Shown here piece after piece: positions 26,816-39,330 of a stretch of 64,000 nt of DNA; the first letter of the stretch is position 1; each line of letters starts with the position of its first letter. The notes below the pieces were generated by a model that saw nothing but the letters and a program-made list of their open reading frames with translations, searched no databases and was not told the DNA's origin. This DNA comes from the human T2T-CHM13v2.0 reference genome, Homo sapiens, in assembly GCF_009914755.1 (NCBI RefSeq), contig NC_060931.1, one strand, 5' to 3'. The position numbers were made by a program, and so were the translations under genes.

Positions 26816-27523
26816 ACAGCATTTAGTGGAACCACCTGTACAGTGTGAATTGAAGGTTTGAGAAGCCTCGATTTGCTTTCTCTATGCCTTCTGTTAATCA
26901 GAAAAGGCCTGTTTATCATTATCGGTGGCCTCCTGGCTACAGCCACAGAAGTTTTTGCTTCTGTTTCGGTACATTTACTAACGGGCGGCGGTGGAGGGTA
27001 TGCTTGTTTTTGCAAGAGATGAACGAACCTTGTGGATGCCTCAAGATGAGTACAACCATGGAACGGGAGACTGGAGGGGGACCCATGGATCCCAACCATG
27101 GACCAGGTTTCCCGAGTACGAGCCATGAGACAGTTGAATGTGAATACGAAGATGGAATGAGGACCGACCTGAGTCACAATGCTTAATGGACCAATGCTTC
27201 CTGACTCATCTCTCTACCCTGAATACAAGAGACCCTAACAGTTAGGCAGGAATATCATCGCCCCTATTCAGCATGAAGTTACAGAAGACGGACCTTCATC
27301 CTTCTGCAACCCCTAGGATTAAGGGTCCCCTTGTAAAAGGGAAAGGGGGGAGGTATGTAGGAAGCATTCAAACCAGAGTGACTCCAGTTTGAATTGAATA
27401 AGGGCTAAGAAAGAAAGAAGGTGGGTCACTGACCAGCAATTAAGAGCTGCACAGCATGCAATTGCCTTGCTCAATTAAGAGGCCACCTCTTAAGCTAGTA
27501 ATGATAGTAATATCATCTTTTAC

Positions 27524-27536
27524 AAAAAAGGGGGGG
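27524..27536 (+). promoter_or_regulatory. Polypurine tract
   Basis: aaaaaaggggggg two bases before the 3' LTR. Confidence 0.85.
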
Positions 27537-27538
27537 CA

Positions 27539-28017
27539 TGTTGGGGTAAAAAGCTGAGTTATGAGGGGGAAACTGAGGTAGGGCTTGCATAATGTCCTCT
27601 GGAATGTGTCTAGCCCTCCTAGCCCTCCTAGCCCTCCTAGGCTCCTAGCCCTCCTAGGCTCCTAGCCCTCCTAGGCTCCTAGCCCTCCTAGGCTCCTAGC
27701 CCTCCTAGGCTCCTAGCCCTCCTAGGCTCCTATTCCCATTATCTCAAGTAGCAGAACATGTTCCATATAAATGCTAAACCATCACAGCTGTAGATAATGT
27801 GCCTGCCCTTTTGACCTCCACATTCTCACCACCTGTTTCTTTGTTCGATTACCAATAAATACCGTGGACTCCCAGAGTTCAGGGCCTTCGCAGCCTACAT
27901 ATGATAGTTATGGCCCTCTGCTGTCCTACCTTTTTCTCACTGTCTTTGTCTCAATCCTTTGACTCCACCAGACATTGTCACCCCCATGACCTGGTGTTGG
28001 GTCTGATCACCACAACA
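27539..28017 (+). mobile_element. 3' LTR (LTR14 family) with internal minisatellite
   Basis: tgttggggtaaaagctgag...gatcaccacaaca. Confidence 0.88.
27610..27729 (+). repeat. Minisatellite: 2 x ctagccctc plus 6 x ctagccctcctaggctc
   Basis: Counted directly; units are perfect. Confidence 0.93.
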
Positions 28018-28708
28018 CTTATGTGCAAATTTATGTTTATATCATTTAAGACATTTCAGCCGTTGTTTCTTTGAATATGTGTCCTGCTCCCTTCTCCTTA
28101 CTACTACTGGCACTTCCTGAAGTGTACCACCATATGTACCATATCCATTAGGCACATGGTGGTGCACTTGACCTGAGGCTCTGCTTTTTTTTATTCATAA
28201 GTTTTTCTTTGTATTCCTCAGGCTAATCTCTATTGTACTATTGCCATATTTGCTATTTATTTTTACTATATCAAATCTGCTGTTAGCCCAACTGGGAAAT
28301 TTTTTATAGCAGTTTCTGTACCTTACAATTCCAGAATTGCTATTTTAACCTATTTTGTAATTTCTATTTTATTGATCTCTAGACAGATTATTCTTGTAAT
28401 TCTTTAAACAGTTTTCTTGATTTATCTAAACATTTAACATAGCTGATTTAAATTGCTTGTCTACTTAATCCAATATCTAGACTTCTTCAGTGACCAGTTT
28501 TTTTTACTCCCGCGGAATGAATCATACTTCTGTTTCTTTGTTTCACAATTTTTTGTTGTTAGCACTGGATATTTAAAACAACTTAATGTGACAACTCTGG
28601 AAATCAGATTTTTTACTTCCTCTCCAAGTTGCTGTTTGCCTGAAGATTTTCCTGAAATAATTCCATAAAGTCTGTCATGTGTGGCCAACTAATACACCTG
28701 CTCAATTC

Positions 28709-29333
<625 letters not shown>

Positions 29334-29778
29334 TGTAGTCATCCCAATGATTGAACTAATCCTTAGAACTTGTAAATCCATTGGCCTTTGCTGCAGAGAC
29401 ATTCACACACATACTAATATATATATATACACACACAACAAGCATACATATGTTGGAGAACACTTTTAACACTTTGACAGTTTTACAACCCTGTCTAAAC
29501 ATTCATCTCCTTGTGAAGAGCCTCAAAGTCAACAGAAGGATGGGAGATTATGATCTTCTGAGGTCTTTTATGAGCATGTGTGCAATTCTGTACTCTTGTG
29601 TGACCTTGTACAGCTCCAGGAATATATTAGAGCTTTGCAAAGCCTCACATGGACAGTTCATTTTCCAGACCATGTTTGATGTTTTTGGTTAGCCTCTTAT
29701 TCAACCGATTTTACCATTTCAGGCTTCTGTGTTAAATAATTGCCCTTGATTTTTTTTTCAACAATAATCTGGGTGTGA

Positions 29779-29779
<1 letters not shown>

Positions 29780-29817
<38 letters not shown>
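29780..29817. repeat. Poly-T tract
   Basis: Uninterrupted run of about 38 T. Confidence 0.95.
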
Positions 29818-29819
<2 letters not shown>

Positions 29820-31639
29820 TGAATCCTGAGTCAGGTCAAATAGTCATTCTGTGAATGAGGCTTTCCTAGGAAGCTGACATAGGTCAACTACTGAAAAGTT
29901 TTGTGAGGTGTCACTTATTGAAAGTTCCAAACACACTATGTCCTCTCGGCTGAGAGAAATACTAGCTGCTAGGTTTCTAGTATTTAGTTAACTTGGTTGC
30001 AGTTCTACTGATAACCAAGGTATCCGTGGAGCTTGGAGGGAAGGGAACCACTTAAATGCCAGCAAACTTTGTTATACCGAGATTCAGCTGTTCTTTTTTT
30101 TTTTCTTTTTTGCTTTTCTTTTTTTAAATCTTCTAGGACTGTTGTAAAACATTGGTAAATTTCCAAAGTTTGACAAAGCTCATATAGACAATACTTGGCA
30201 GTATTTTTGTTGCTGTTATGGAAAAGCGAATTGTTAACTCCATTCTGAAAATGCTTCTCAACTTTATACTTTAACAGAATCTTTCAACTAATATATCCCC
30301 TATACTGTTTTAAATACAATGTATTTTCTGTATAATTCCTAAAGTATATGCTATTTTAAGGCAATTTATTCCAACCATTATATGCTAGTGACATCTGTTA
30401 CAGTAAAGTGAGAGAGGACAAGATATAAATCATTGATATATCTGTTTCAGCATGGAATCTAAGAAATATCAACTATGCTTCATTGGTTTGAGTATTCCAG
30501 TTCTCCAGCAATAAGAAAAAGGCTGTTAATACTGAACAACTGTTTCCATCTCCTCTTGGAATGATAATTTAAAAAATGTGCTCCCAAAGTGAAAAGCACT
30601 ACTTTTTAAAGATTGCATTGTGAGACTGAAATGAGTTGTTACACCAAAATTAATAGCATGAAAGAAATGCATACATGTTTTTTAGAAGGAAGTAGGAGAG
30701 CACATATTGAGAGTTGAGGACAACATACACTCCACCAGAATTCAGGCCTGGCGCCAGAAAAATGAATTTCATCATTTGCTGCAGCTGTGTGCCACACATA
30801 TCACCTCGACTGTTTCTCATTGGATTATTTCTCGGCAATCTTTAAAAAAAATTATCAATATTTAACCAAACAGACGACATCCATTTTCTCAATTCTGTCT
30901 CCTAATTACTTTCACCCTTAATAAATGGCACACAAAAATGCCTTAAGGCTATAAATCTGTAAGCACTAGATGATGTAGTAGTTCTGAATAATCTAATGTA
31001 CTGGGCAGTGACTGCATTAAGGAATCGGAAAAAGATTAGGGCACAGATTGGAGGGCTTTATATCCATGTCTATCTGCATAATTATTAAATATTCTACTCA
31101 TGAACTTCAAGGGACTTCTAAAAATTTAAATTAATGATTCATATCTTAAATGTAGTTGCTTTGTAATAATATAGCTAAAGCAGATGAAGAGAGAGCCTAA
31201 AAATAGGGACTTTTGTCTACATGGCTATAGGCAAATAAGCATTATTGTTTTTCTTGTTATCAAGAATAATAGCAGTTTGGGTGTAGAGTAAATTTTGAGT
31301 TAAATGTAACTGACTTCAATACAGTAAAATTTGAACAAAAATGGCTAAAAACACGAGAAAAATGGGGAGTGCTCAAGAAATATTTAGCAAACACCTATCA
31401 CATGGAGGATGAAGGAGAATGGCATGATTCCTATCTTTGGGGGATAAATTTGGAGTAGAATACAACATATAAATTTGCCCCTCCAAGGTAGTCTCATTTG
31501 AAGACAACTTGATATAACCAATGGGTTATACATGTGACAATTATTGCATTCTTCTTCCTCCCTTAATGTTCCACCTGCGATTCACTTCCTGTCAACTGTA
31601 CACTGTCCAGGGATGGACATAAAGTACTTTAAAATAAGC

Positions 31640-32320
31640 AAATAAGTAGTGACATGGATGGAACTGGAGGCTATTAAGAGCAATAACTCAAACAGAGTAA
31701 AAAGCCACACGTTCTCATTAACAAGTAGGAGCTAAACAATAGGTACACATGGACATACAGAATGGAATAATAGACATTGGAGACTCCAATTAGGAGTGTA
31801 GGAAGGGGGGCTGAGAGATGAAATATTACCTATTGGGTGCAATATACACTATTTCAGTCATGGGTACATTAAAAGCCCAGACTTTACCACTATGCAATAT
31901 ATCCACTGTATTAGTCTGTTCTCACACTGCTGATAAAGACATACCCAAGACTGGGTAATTCATAAAGAAAAAGAGGTTTCATGGACTCAGAGCTCCATGT
32001 GGCTGTGGAGGCCTCACAATCATGGTGGAAGGTGAGAGGCCACGTCTTACATGGAGGCAGCCAAGAAAGAATGAGAGCCAAGTGAAAGAGGAAAGCTCTT
32101 ATAAAATCATCAGATCTCTTGAGACTCACTACCACGAGAACAGTATGGGGGGAACCACCCTCATGATTCCATATCTTGCACCACATACCCCCCCACAACA
32201 CATGGGAATTATAGAAGCTACAATTCGGATGAGATTTGGATAGGAACACAGCCAAACCATATCATCCGCTAACACAACCACACTTGTAATTCTAAATATA
32301 TAAAAATAATTTTTAAAATG
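31640..32320 (+). mobile_element. L1MA 3' end, split by a THE1 LTR
   Basis: acatggatggaactggaggctatta...aaaagcccagactttaccactatgcaatatatcca | taacacaaccacacttgta. Confidence 0.85.
31907..32264 (-). mobile_element. THE1 solo LTR
   Basis: tgtattagtctgttctcacactgctgataaagacataccc...gccaaaccatatca; TSD tccac/tccgc. Confidence 0.93.
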
Positions 32321-32769
32321 AATATCAAGTATTACAAAATACCAACAAAACTACAGAATAAAAATTATTTATAGATTTAGAAAATAAGTGATAAATCTGA
32401 TAAAGTATATTAAATCCTGAAAGTAGATATCAGATTGCAGAAAGAAGGGTGTGAATTTTAAAAAACACTGCAGAGATCATATAGAATGATTATTTTGGAA
32501 AACTTAACTGACAGATAAAGAATATGATATTTTGGGTAAGTTAAAGGGGTTAATAAAAGACAATCCAGGCAGCCTAAGCTATAAAGAGTGCAGCCATGCA
32601 CCCTCTGCAAATCAATACATCAGATAATGGTAGGTAGTTGGGGATTTTTTGACTATTATGAGTTAAAAGATAAGAAATTTTAAGTTGCTTTATTGTGGAC
32701 AGTTAGATCAATAGGTGCAGGTCATGTAAAAATACACTTGAATCTATTCTCGTATGAACTTAAAACTAT

Positions 32770-33240
32770 TCAAAAATATAACGTGGCATTGCGAGAGAAT
32801 GTTGCTTTCAGAAGGAGATAACATGACCTCAGGATCAGGTCATGACATTAACTGCAGTACAACTTTAATGCAACTTTCCTAGGCCTCAGATTTCTCCCTT
32901 GTGAAATTAAGATTGTTTAAAAATGAGTAATTATAATCCATGTGAAATCTCTCAGCAAAATTACTGACATATAGCAGGCAATTTGATAAACGTAGGCAAT
33001 TGATACTTTGCCTCTTGCAAAGATTTTCAGTGAAAGTGCCAACTTGAGCTGTGTTGTTATGGATGGTAGAGAAGAGATTAAGGTGGACGACGTAAAATGG
33101 TCGCTTCAAACTTTAATATCTTATGACTCCTTTAGATGAAGTATCTAACATCCCAGAGACTTGCACACTGGCAAAAGACAGAGCTAACACTGGAACAAAG
33201 AACTATTGATCCGGAATGCATGCTCCTTTCGAATCATCAT
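32770..33240. mobile_element. MIR remnants
   Basis: ggcctcagatttctcccttgtgaaat; tttagatgaagtatctaacatcccagag. Confidence 0.45.
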
Positions 33241-33570
33241 ATCTAGGCTGTATACAAAGATGTTGTTCAGAGCAGATTGACAGTGAATTCTTTCAACAAA
33301 AAAGATCACAGTAGCTTAATTGATGAGCAAAGTTAGTCACCTTACTAGAAGGAACATTTTTGTTGAACTAAAACTGGAAAAATTGTTGTATTTTTAAAAC
33401 GAATATTTTTTTTTGAAAATCAAGATCATGGATGTTATATAGTTCTTTCCAAAACTTAATAGTTTAATTATATGAACCTTTTTTCAGATTTATTAGGGAT
33501 TTGGGACAGAAAAACATTTTTAAAAGGAGCAGGATTGAATGATGCTTTTGTTTCCATCTTCCTCCTCCTG

Positions 33571-33684
33571 CATATATATTATATATATATATACACACAT
33601 GTACATATACACACACACACAAATACATATACACATATCTATACATGTATGTGTATGTGTACATGTGTGTGTGCATGTGTGTGT
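33571..33684. repeat. Compound (TA)/(CA)/(TG) low-complexity repeat
   Basis: Alternating purine-pyrimidine tract seen directly. Confidence 0.9.
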
Positions 33685-34119
33685 TAAATTTTAATTTACT
33701 GTTTTATGTAGTTTTCCAAAATTTGTAAGTCAGAAAGCTGGCTGGTTATGATAATTCTTGGGTATTTGATGATCTTTAGGTCCTTCAGTTATTGAGTATA
33801 ATAATATGCCTTCATCCCGAGGATGAGGTCTTACGTTAAATGGCTTTGCAGCATTATCAGCTAGGGATTTTATGAACCTTCTTCTGAAAAATAGATTTAG
33901 AGCTTTCACCTAATAATTCAAATATAAAAGCACACAATCTTCAAGGAAAGATTTTTAAAATGCAAATACCCCACAGCAGTGGATCATGCAAAAAATGGAC
34001 TACTCTGCAATGTTTGAATCCTTCTGCAAAGCAAAGCAGATTTCAGCCTGTGGGCTTTGATTTTTACCCTTCAACCATAGAACCCAGTCTACAATTACTT
34101 GTTACATGTGATATCTAGT

Positions 34120-35760
34120 TTCCAGTCACTAGTTAGGGATGGAAGTGATCAAAAAGAGAAATAATGCACATGGAGAAAAGAAGAGAGTTCAGGACAAAGA
34201 ATCACCAGCATTTTGATGTTTAATAAAGGAGGAGATAGAAAAGGAAATGGACAAAAGGGTGAATATGACAGTTTGTTAATAAGGTGAAAGTGAGCAGCTG
34301 TCAAATGCTGATGAAAGATCAAATTGTACCAGGATTGAAATACATATATTGAATGGTAAAATGCACAGAAGTGTTGACAACATCAGAGTGGTTAGGTGGT
34401 AGGTAGTAGGAACTAGGAACTGATTTGGAAGTGAAGCCTGAAAAATAGTTACGGAAGTAAAGGCACCCGGTTAGGCGAATTTAATTCACGAAATTTGACT
34501 AGACAAGTTGATAGAGAAAAGACTGGAAAAACGACAGAGGGTTTAAAGAGGGTATTTTGTTTTGCTAAATGTTATTGGGAAAGGCAAGACCACATTTAAA
34601 TAAGGATAGAAAACATTTTCATATGAAGAGAAAGATTGAAGAACGAGCAAAGAAAGTCTATAAGACACTTCAGTCAACACATCTTTAAGAAAATTTATAA
34701 GGCTTTTTGCTTTGCAGTGGAACAAGATTCCTGAAAAGATGGGAAAAAAAACTTACCACACATTAGAAAAAGTTAGTGAGAAATGGAGGAAAACTCTTAA
34801 AAAGACAGAAGAAGATTGGTGTCGGAGTTAAGGAAGAAACCAACTGATGACTTTAATTTCTCTGAACTATGACATGGACACAGTGTATTAACACAGAAGG
34901 AGTGTGAAGGAGAGCTTGAAGGTTTGAGGAGAGAAGCAAACATCTTAGATGGTTGATGAAAAACTATGAAAGCACATGATTTCTAGAACAAGGCGGCCTG
35001 GCAGCTTTGAGGTTTCATATGTGAATTTGTTTGTGGTTGGTGGTCATGAATTGATTGTGAAAACAATCTGTCCAGTTGTGGTTCTTCTGACCAACATTGC
35101 ATTCGGAAGTGTGAGACGGAGCTGTGGGAGCAGAACGCAAGTGTCAGAGGATTAAGGGGTCTGTAAGACAGTAGCAGTTCTGATGGACCAGGAAATGCAC
35201 AGTGAATAGGAAGGACATAAAGCCAGGAGGAGGCTGCATGATTCATAACTGGAGACCAAAATAAATTTAAGACCTTCTATGAATTTCAACATTTTTTTGT
35301 GTAAAGGATGGGAAGCTGCAGTCAGAGAGGGATAGGAGACTTGTTGATTTCAGGAGTGGAGCTGAGTAATATGTGCACTGTACTTTATTCAAAGTTGTCA
35401 CAAGAATATCGTTAAAGATGAATAGGAAGAATTATCAATAGTTGAGGCTTTAGAAAGTTCAAGTCCCCTAGGATACTGGAAGAAGATGATGAAAAAATAT
35501 GAAGCCAGATACTACAGAAACGAAAATGAATAACCAAGAGATAGGTGCAAAAAGATAATGAAAAGAGGGGAAGATGATGTAGTTGGGTAGTATAAACCTT
35601 GAAGGAGGAGCAGCATTGTTTTTCTAAGTTTATTTTTAATATAGAAAACAATTTCCTGGAAGGCATGTGGGAGTGAACAAGGAACTGACCTCACCTTCTG
35701 ATCATAAAATGTGTGGAAAAAAATGGATGCATTTGAAACTGGAAGGAAATATTGATACAA
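34120..35760 (-). mobile_element. L2 ORF2 region remnant
   Basis: Purine-rich plus strand with gtgagcagctgtcaaatgctgatgaaagatcaaa, gaaggtttgaggagaga, aagttcaagtcccctaggatact. Confidence 0.6.
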
Positions 35761-35879
35761 CGCTAACCAAACTACTTAGTTCTGCAGGGAGGATGGTTGA
35801 TTTAAGAAATTGGTGTTAAGTAGATAAATGCAAAGCCACACACATAAAATATATTTCCTCTTATATCTGTCTGTAATTG

Positions 35880-36240
35880 CTGTGACCATTATATTTACCA
35901 CTTATCGAGTATGTATTATGTGTCAGACATATTGCACATATTAAATAATTTAACTCTCACAAGAGAACTTGGAGGTGGTTCTTTTTATATTTTCAGAGAA
36001 GGGATATAAACCTCAGAATTTAAGTAGTTCTCCAGAGTCACTCAACAAGTACATATTATTCTAAGGCCCAAACTTAGGTGTGTTGAACATAATTCAACCT
36101 GAAGCCAACTTAACCATTCTGAGAATCAGTTTCCTCATCTGTAAAATTGGGACAAATTAACACCATCATCAGGGGGTAATATAAAAAGACAAATTATTTA
36201 GAACTCTGAGAAGCACACATTAAATGGGGAATATATGTTA
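35880..36240. mobile_element. Two opposed MIR remnants
   Basis: accacttatcgagtatgtattatgtgtcagaca; tcagtttcctcatctgtaaaattggga. Confidence 0.65.
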
Positions 36241-38756
36241 GCAGAAATATAAACTGTCTCAATCAATTTTTAAAATTTGTACCTGGTTGCGTAAGACACA
36301 GGCTAAGACTTTCATTTTGGAAGCAAAAAAATACAATACACACTTACTTCTGATAAGTAGAAAGATAGCCTTAAAACAATAGCTAAGTTGAGAGAAAGGG
36401 GAAATAACACCTGCCATCCAAATTTATTTTTAAAATGTATTGGAAAGAACTGTCAAATTAAGAGATCAGTAATTTCAAGATTCTTTCATAATGGAAGCTT
36501 TTACTCTGTTAAAATACTGATGAGGAAGCATCACATTTTATAAATACAGCTGGGCCATCTGTGCAACCTAGGAAAAAAATTGACCAGCATTAATGGCATC
36601 CTTGCATCTGCCACATTCATGAGTGTGAAGGTAGTAGGGCAAGAGCAAAAATGGGTGGACCTGGCTGACAATGATTAAGTAAAATGCTGGAGTAATAGAG
36701 TATGATTGAGTATAACCACAATGAATCACTATGCCTGAATAGACTTTCATATCACTGAAGAGGACAACGTACACTTTGACATGGATGAGAGCCGACTGCC
36801 TTTGAGGAGAAAGGCGGGGACGCACCTTACGTGACTCGTAAAGTGACTGTGTGCCAAGTGAAAGATGAGTTGAGGCTAGCGGGAGGATGCAATAACTAGG
36901 TTGCACTTGATGAAAATAAATAATGCTGAATGGGAGCAATTATTAGCAATTACGTTTCTGTTAACACAAATTCCATTGTTTGAAATTTAATTAAGGTTTT
37001 TCTGGAGGCAATAGAATTGTATTTGAACCATGGAGCCCTCCTCCATGTTTCTGATGCAGCTTTTATGAGCCCAGATAGCAGTGAGCTGAGATCATGTTAG
37101 GAGAGGTGTATATGTCCCAGTTAATCTTATATGACACCTGTTATTTTATTACTGTTTCATCAGCTTTGCTGTAGGCCTGTGATACAGAAGCTTTCTTCAC
37201 ATGTCAAATACGTCCTGCCTTTGTTACACTTGACAAGCTGGATGTCATAAAGTCACAGCTCTCAGTATTCTAGGAATGGTAAAGCAAAAAAAAAAAAAAA
37301 AATTCCTGCAATATCCAGATGATTGTCTAAAACTTAGTGACTGAGAATTGGGATGTAAATGGGGAGGGTACTACCCCAAAGTGGAGCAACCTCTTCTAGC
37401 CTGTCCCCCACTCATCCTCTTTAGCTGACCAATGAAAAGACAGTGAATGGGAGAGCAGAAGAAATAAGGGTAGGATATTCTGTCAATGCAGAGCTGGCTG
37501 CGGCTGCTCCAGTGGTAGTTTTTTACCTGCTGAGGTACTTTACGAATCTAAAGTTGTTCAGAACCAAGGCAATATTCTGGGTCTCCAACTAACAGGCATT
37601 TCAACTTTCTAATACACATTCTTTTTTTATTTCATAGAAAAAGAAAAATATCAATTCTCAGTTGTCTTATTGCCTTTTTTTCCTGTCAGGTTTCTGGAAA
37701 ACTAAAATGGGAAAAAGCTGCACAGATGCCTGCTTTTTTTTATGATAAATGAACAAAGCAAAGATGGCAAGAAAGTTCTACCTTGTAGTGAGTATTTGAC
37801 CAAGAAAGATTTTGGTTATGTACTTCTTGAGTAGTCTAGGCATCAAAAGTCACGTATTAAAGTGTTGACAAAGAAAATACCATGCAGCCTCAGCTGCAAT
37901 TACACTAACAGAGACAACATTTAGACCAAAAGGTGTAAAGTACGGAGCCTGACAGCTGTGTACTTATGGGAAAGGAGTAAACAGAACTGTCCTGGAAAAT
38001 TATTGGTCATTTTAGTCATGCTGCATACCAAAGTCTAAAATAACAAAAGTAATTAAATTTATTTATTTATTTTTGCCCTTGGCCTTTGGAAAGCAGCCAA
38101 TGAGCACCTTTCTGAAGTTAATCTTTTGACCGTGTCTTTTAAAAGACTTAACTCTAAAATTATGGCCTGCACTGGAAATACTAGGCCCTGTTTCCTAGAT
38201 GATGAGATGACAGATCTATGTGAAAATCTTTGGAAATGTGAGAACAGAAGACACTTTTCTTTCCACTTTTGAAAGAAATTAACTCGTTTGTTATTGTTGA
38301 ACATGTCTCCGAAAGCTACATATGGCTTACAAGTTTAGAGGCAAGAGTCCTCAAAAAAATAGACATCAAACAAAAACCGCTGTAAAGAGAGCCACAGTGG
38401 TTTTGCATCAGCTATAAGACTTATTCAAATGCATAATGATACCTTTTAGGGGCATTTCTTACAAATGACCTCATAAGTAAAGCCCCATGTAAAAATATTA
38501 CAGAAAATGTCATGAAGGGAAGTGACAGATTTTATGAATTGCCTGTGGGAAAAATGAAGTATCGTTTTGTTATGAAGTAATTGAGGGTGCTCAGAAAAAC
38601 ATAAAATCATTTGTATTGAGAAAGATCCAGAGATGTTTTAAAGGTATCTTTTTAAAATGAACATAAATCATAACAATAGGACAATCTGTCAATGGAATCT
38701 AAAATTATAATTTTAGGTAAAGGAAATTAAGCATCAGAAGGCAGAGCAGGTGCTAG

Positions 38757-38777
38757 TGTGTGTGTGTGTGTGTGTGT
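38757..38777. repeat. (TG)n microsatellite
   Basis: Seen directly. Confidence 0.9.
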
Positions 38778-39084
38778 CAAAAATTACATTAAAACTTCCA
38801 ATACATGAGGAAATAGTCATCCAAATCCAAATGGCATTACTTTGTTAGTATTAGTTTCCTCTGTCACTGCCTTTTTTGTAAAACTCGAAACCTATTTCCT
38901 ATTGGATATAATCAGTTACTAATAAGAATTAGGAATTGTTATTGTTATTCAAGGTGAGAAACCATTAGAAAGTTATTTTATTTTCTTATGAAATAAAATG
39001 AGCCCCTCATCAGTTTCCTGAATTCCTATATTCATGGAAGTGTTAGAGATTTTAAGTGCCTATCCATTTACTTTCTTCTGCAGA

Positions 39085-39330
39085 GTGCTAGTCGTTATCA
39101 ATATGTAACTTTAACAAAAGGCTTACTGTATACCAAATACGCTAAACAAAAAAAAAAAAAACTTCACATGCATTTTTTTCATTTTAGTCTCTCAACAGCC
39201 CCAAGACTATACACTATTTTGTACTTATTTTGCAGATATAGAATCCGATGCTTAGAAATGGTGAGTTATTTGCCTGAAGCTTTGTAACAACTCAGGTATG
39301 CGATTCCAGAGCTCATGTTTTTGATCACTA
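39085..39330 (-). mobile_element. MIR
   Basis: attttgcagatatagaatccgatgcttagaaatggtgagttatttgcctgaag. Confidence 0.6.

Larger units (their letters stand above)
23579..28017 (+). mobile_element. Defective chimeric endogenous retrovirus: HERV-K14 (HML-1)-type LTRs and ends with HERV-W (HERV17)-like internal sequence
   Basis: Two direct LTRs with TG..CA ends, Lys-type PBS, PPT, and both beta- and gammaretroviral peptide motifs. Confidence 0.85.

Noticed and set aside
25467-27186. Retroviral ORFs as functional genes, or a syncytin-like env
   Set aside because: gag, pro and pol are fragmented by stops, frameshifts and large deletions. No RT core or env (furin site, TM) is visible.
24322-27520. 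Captured cellular mRNA inside the provirus, as reported for some HERV-K14I copies
   Set aside because: Every segment I could assign is retroviral. About 150 bp near 26815-26970 remain unassigned but give no positive evidence.
27610-27729. Short direct-repeat array as a CRISPR-like system
   Set aside because: The units are head-to-tail with no unique spacers, there are no cas genes, and it lies inside a primate LTR. It is a minisatellite.
37780-38030. Possible CR1/L3 remnant
   Set aside because: The similarity is too faint to support without a profile search.
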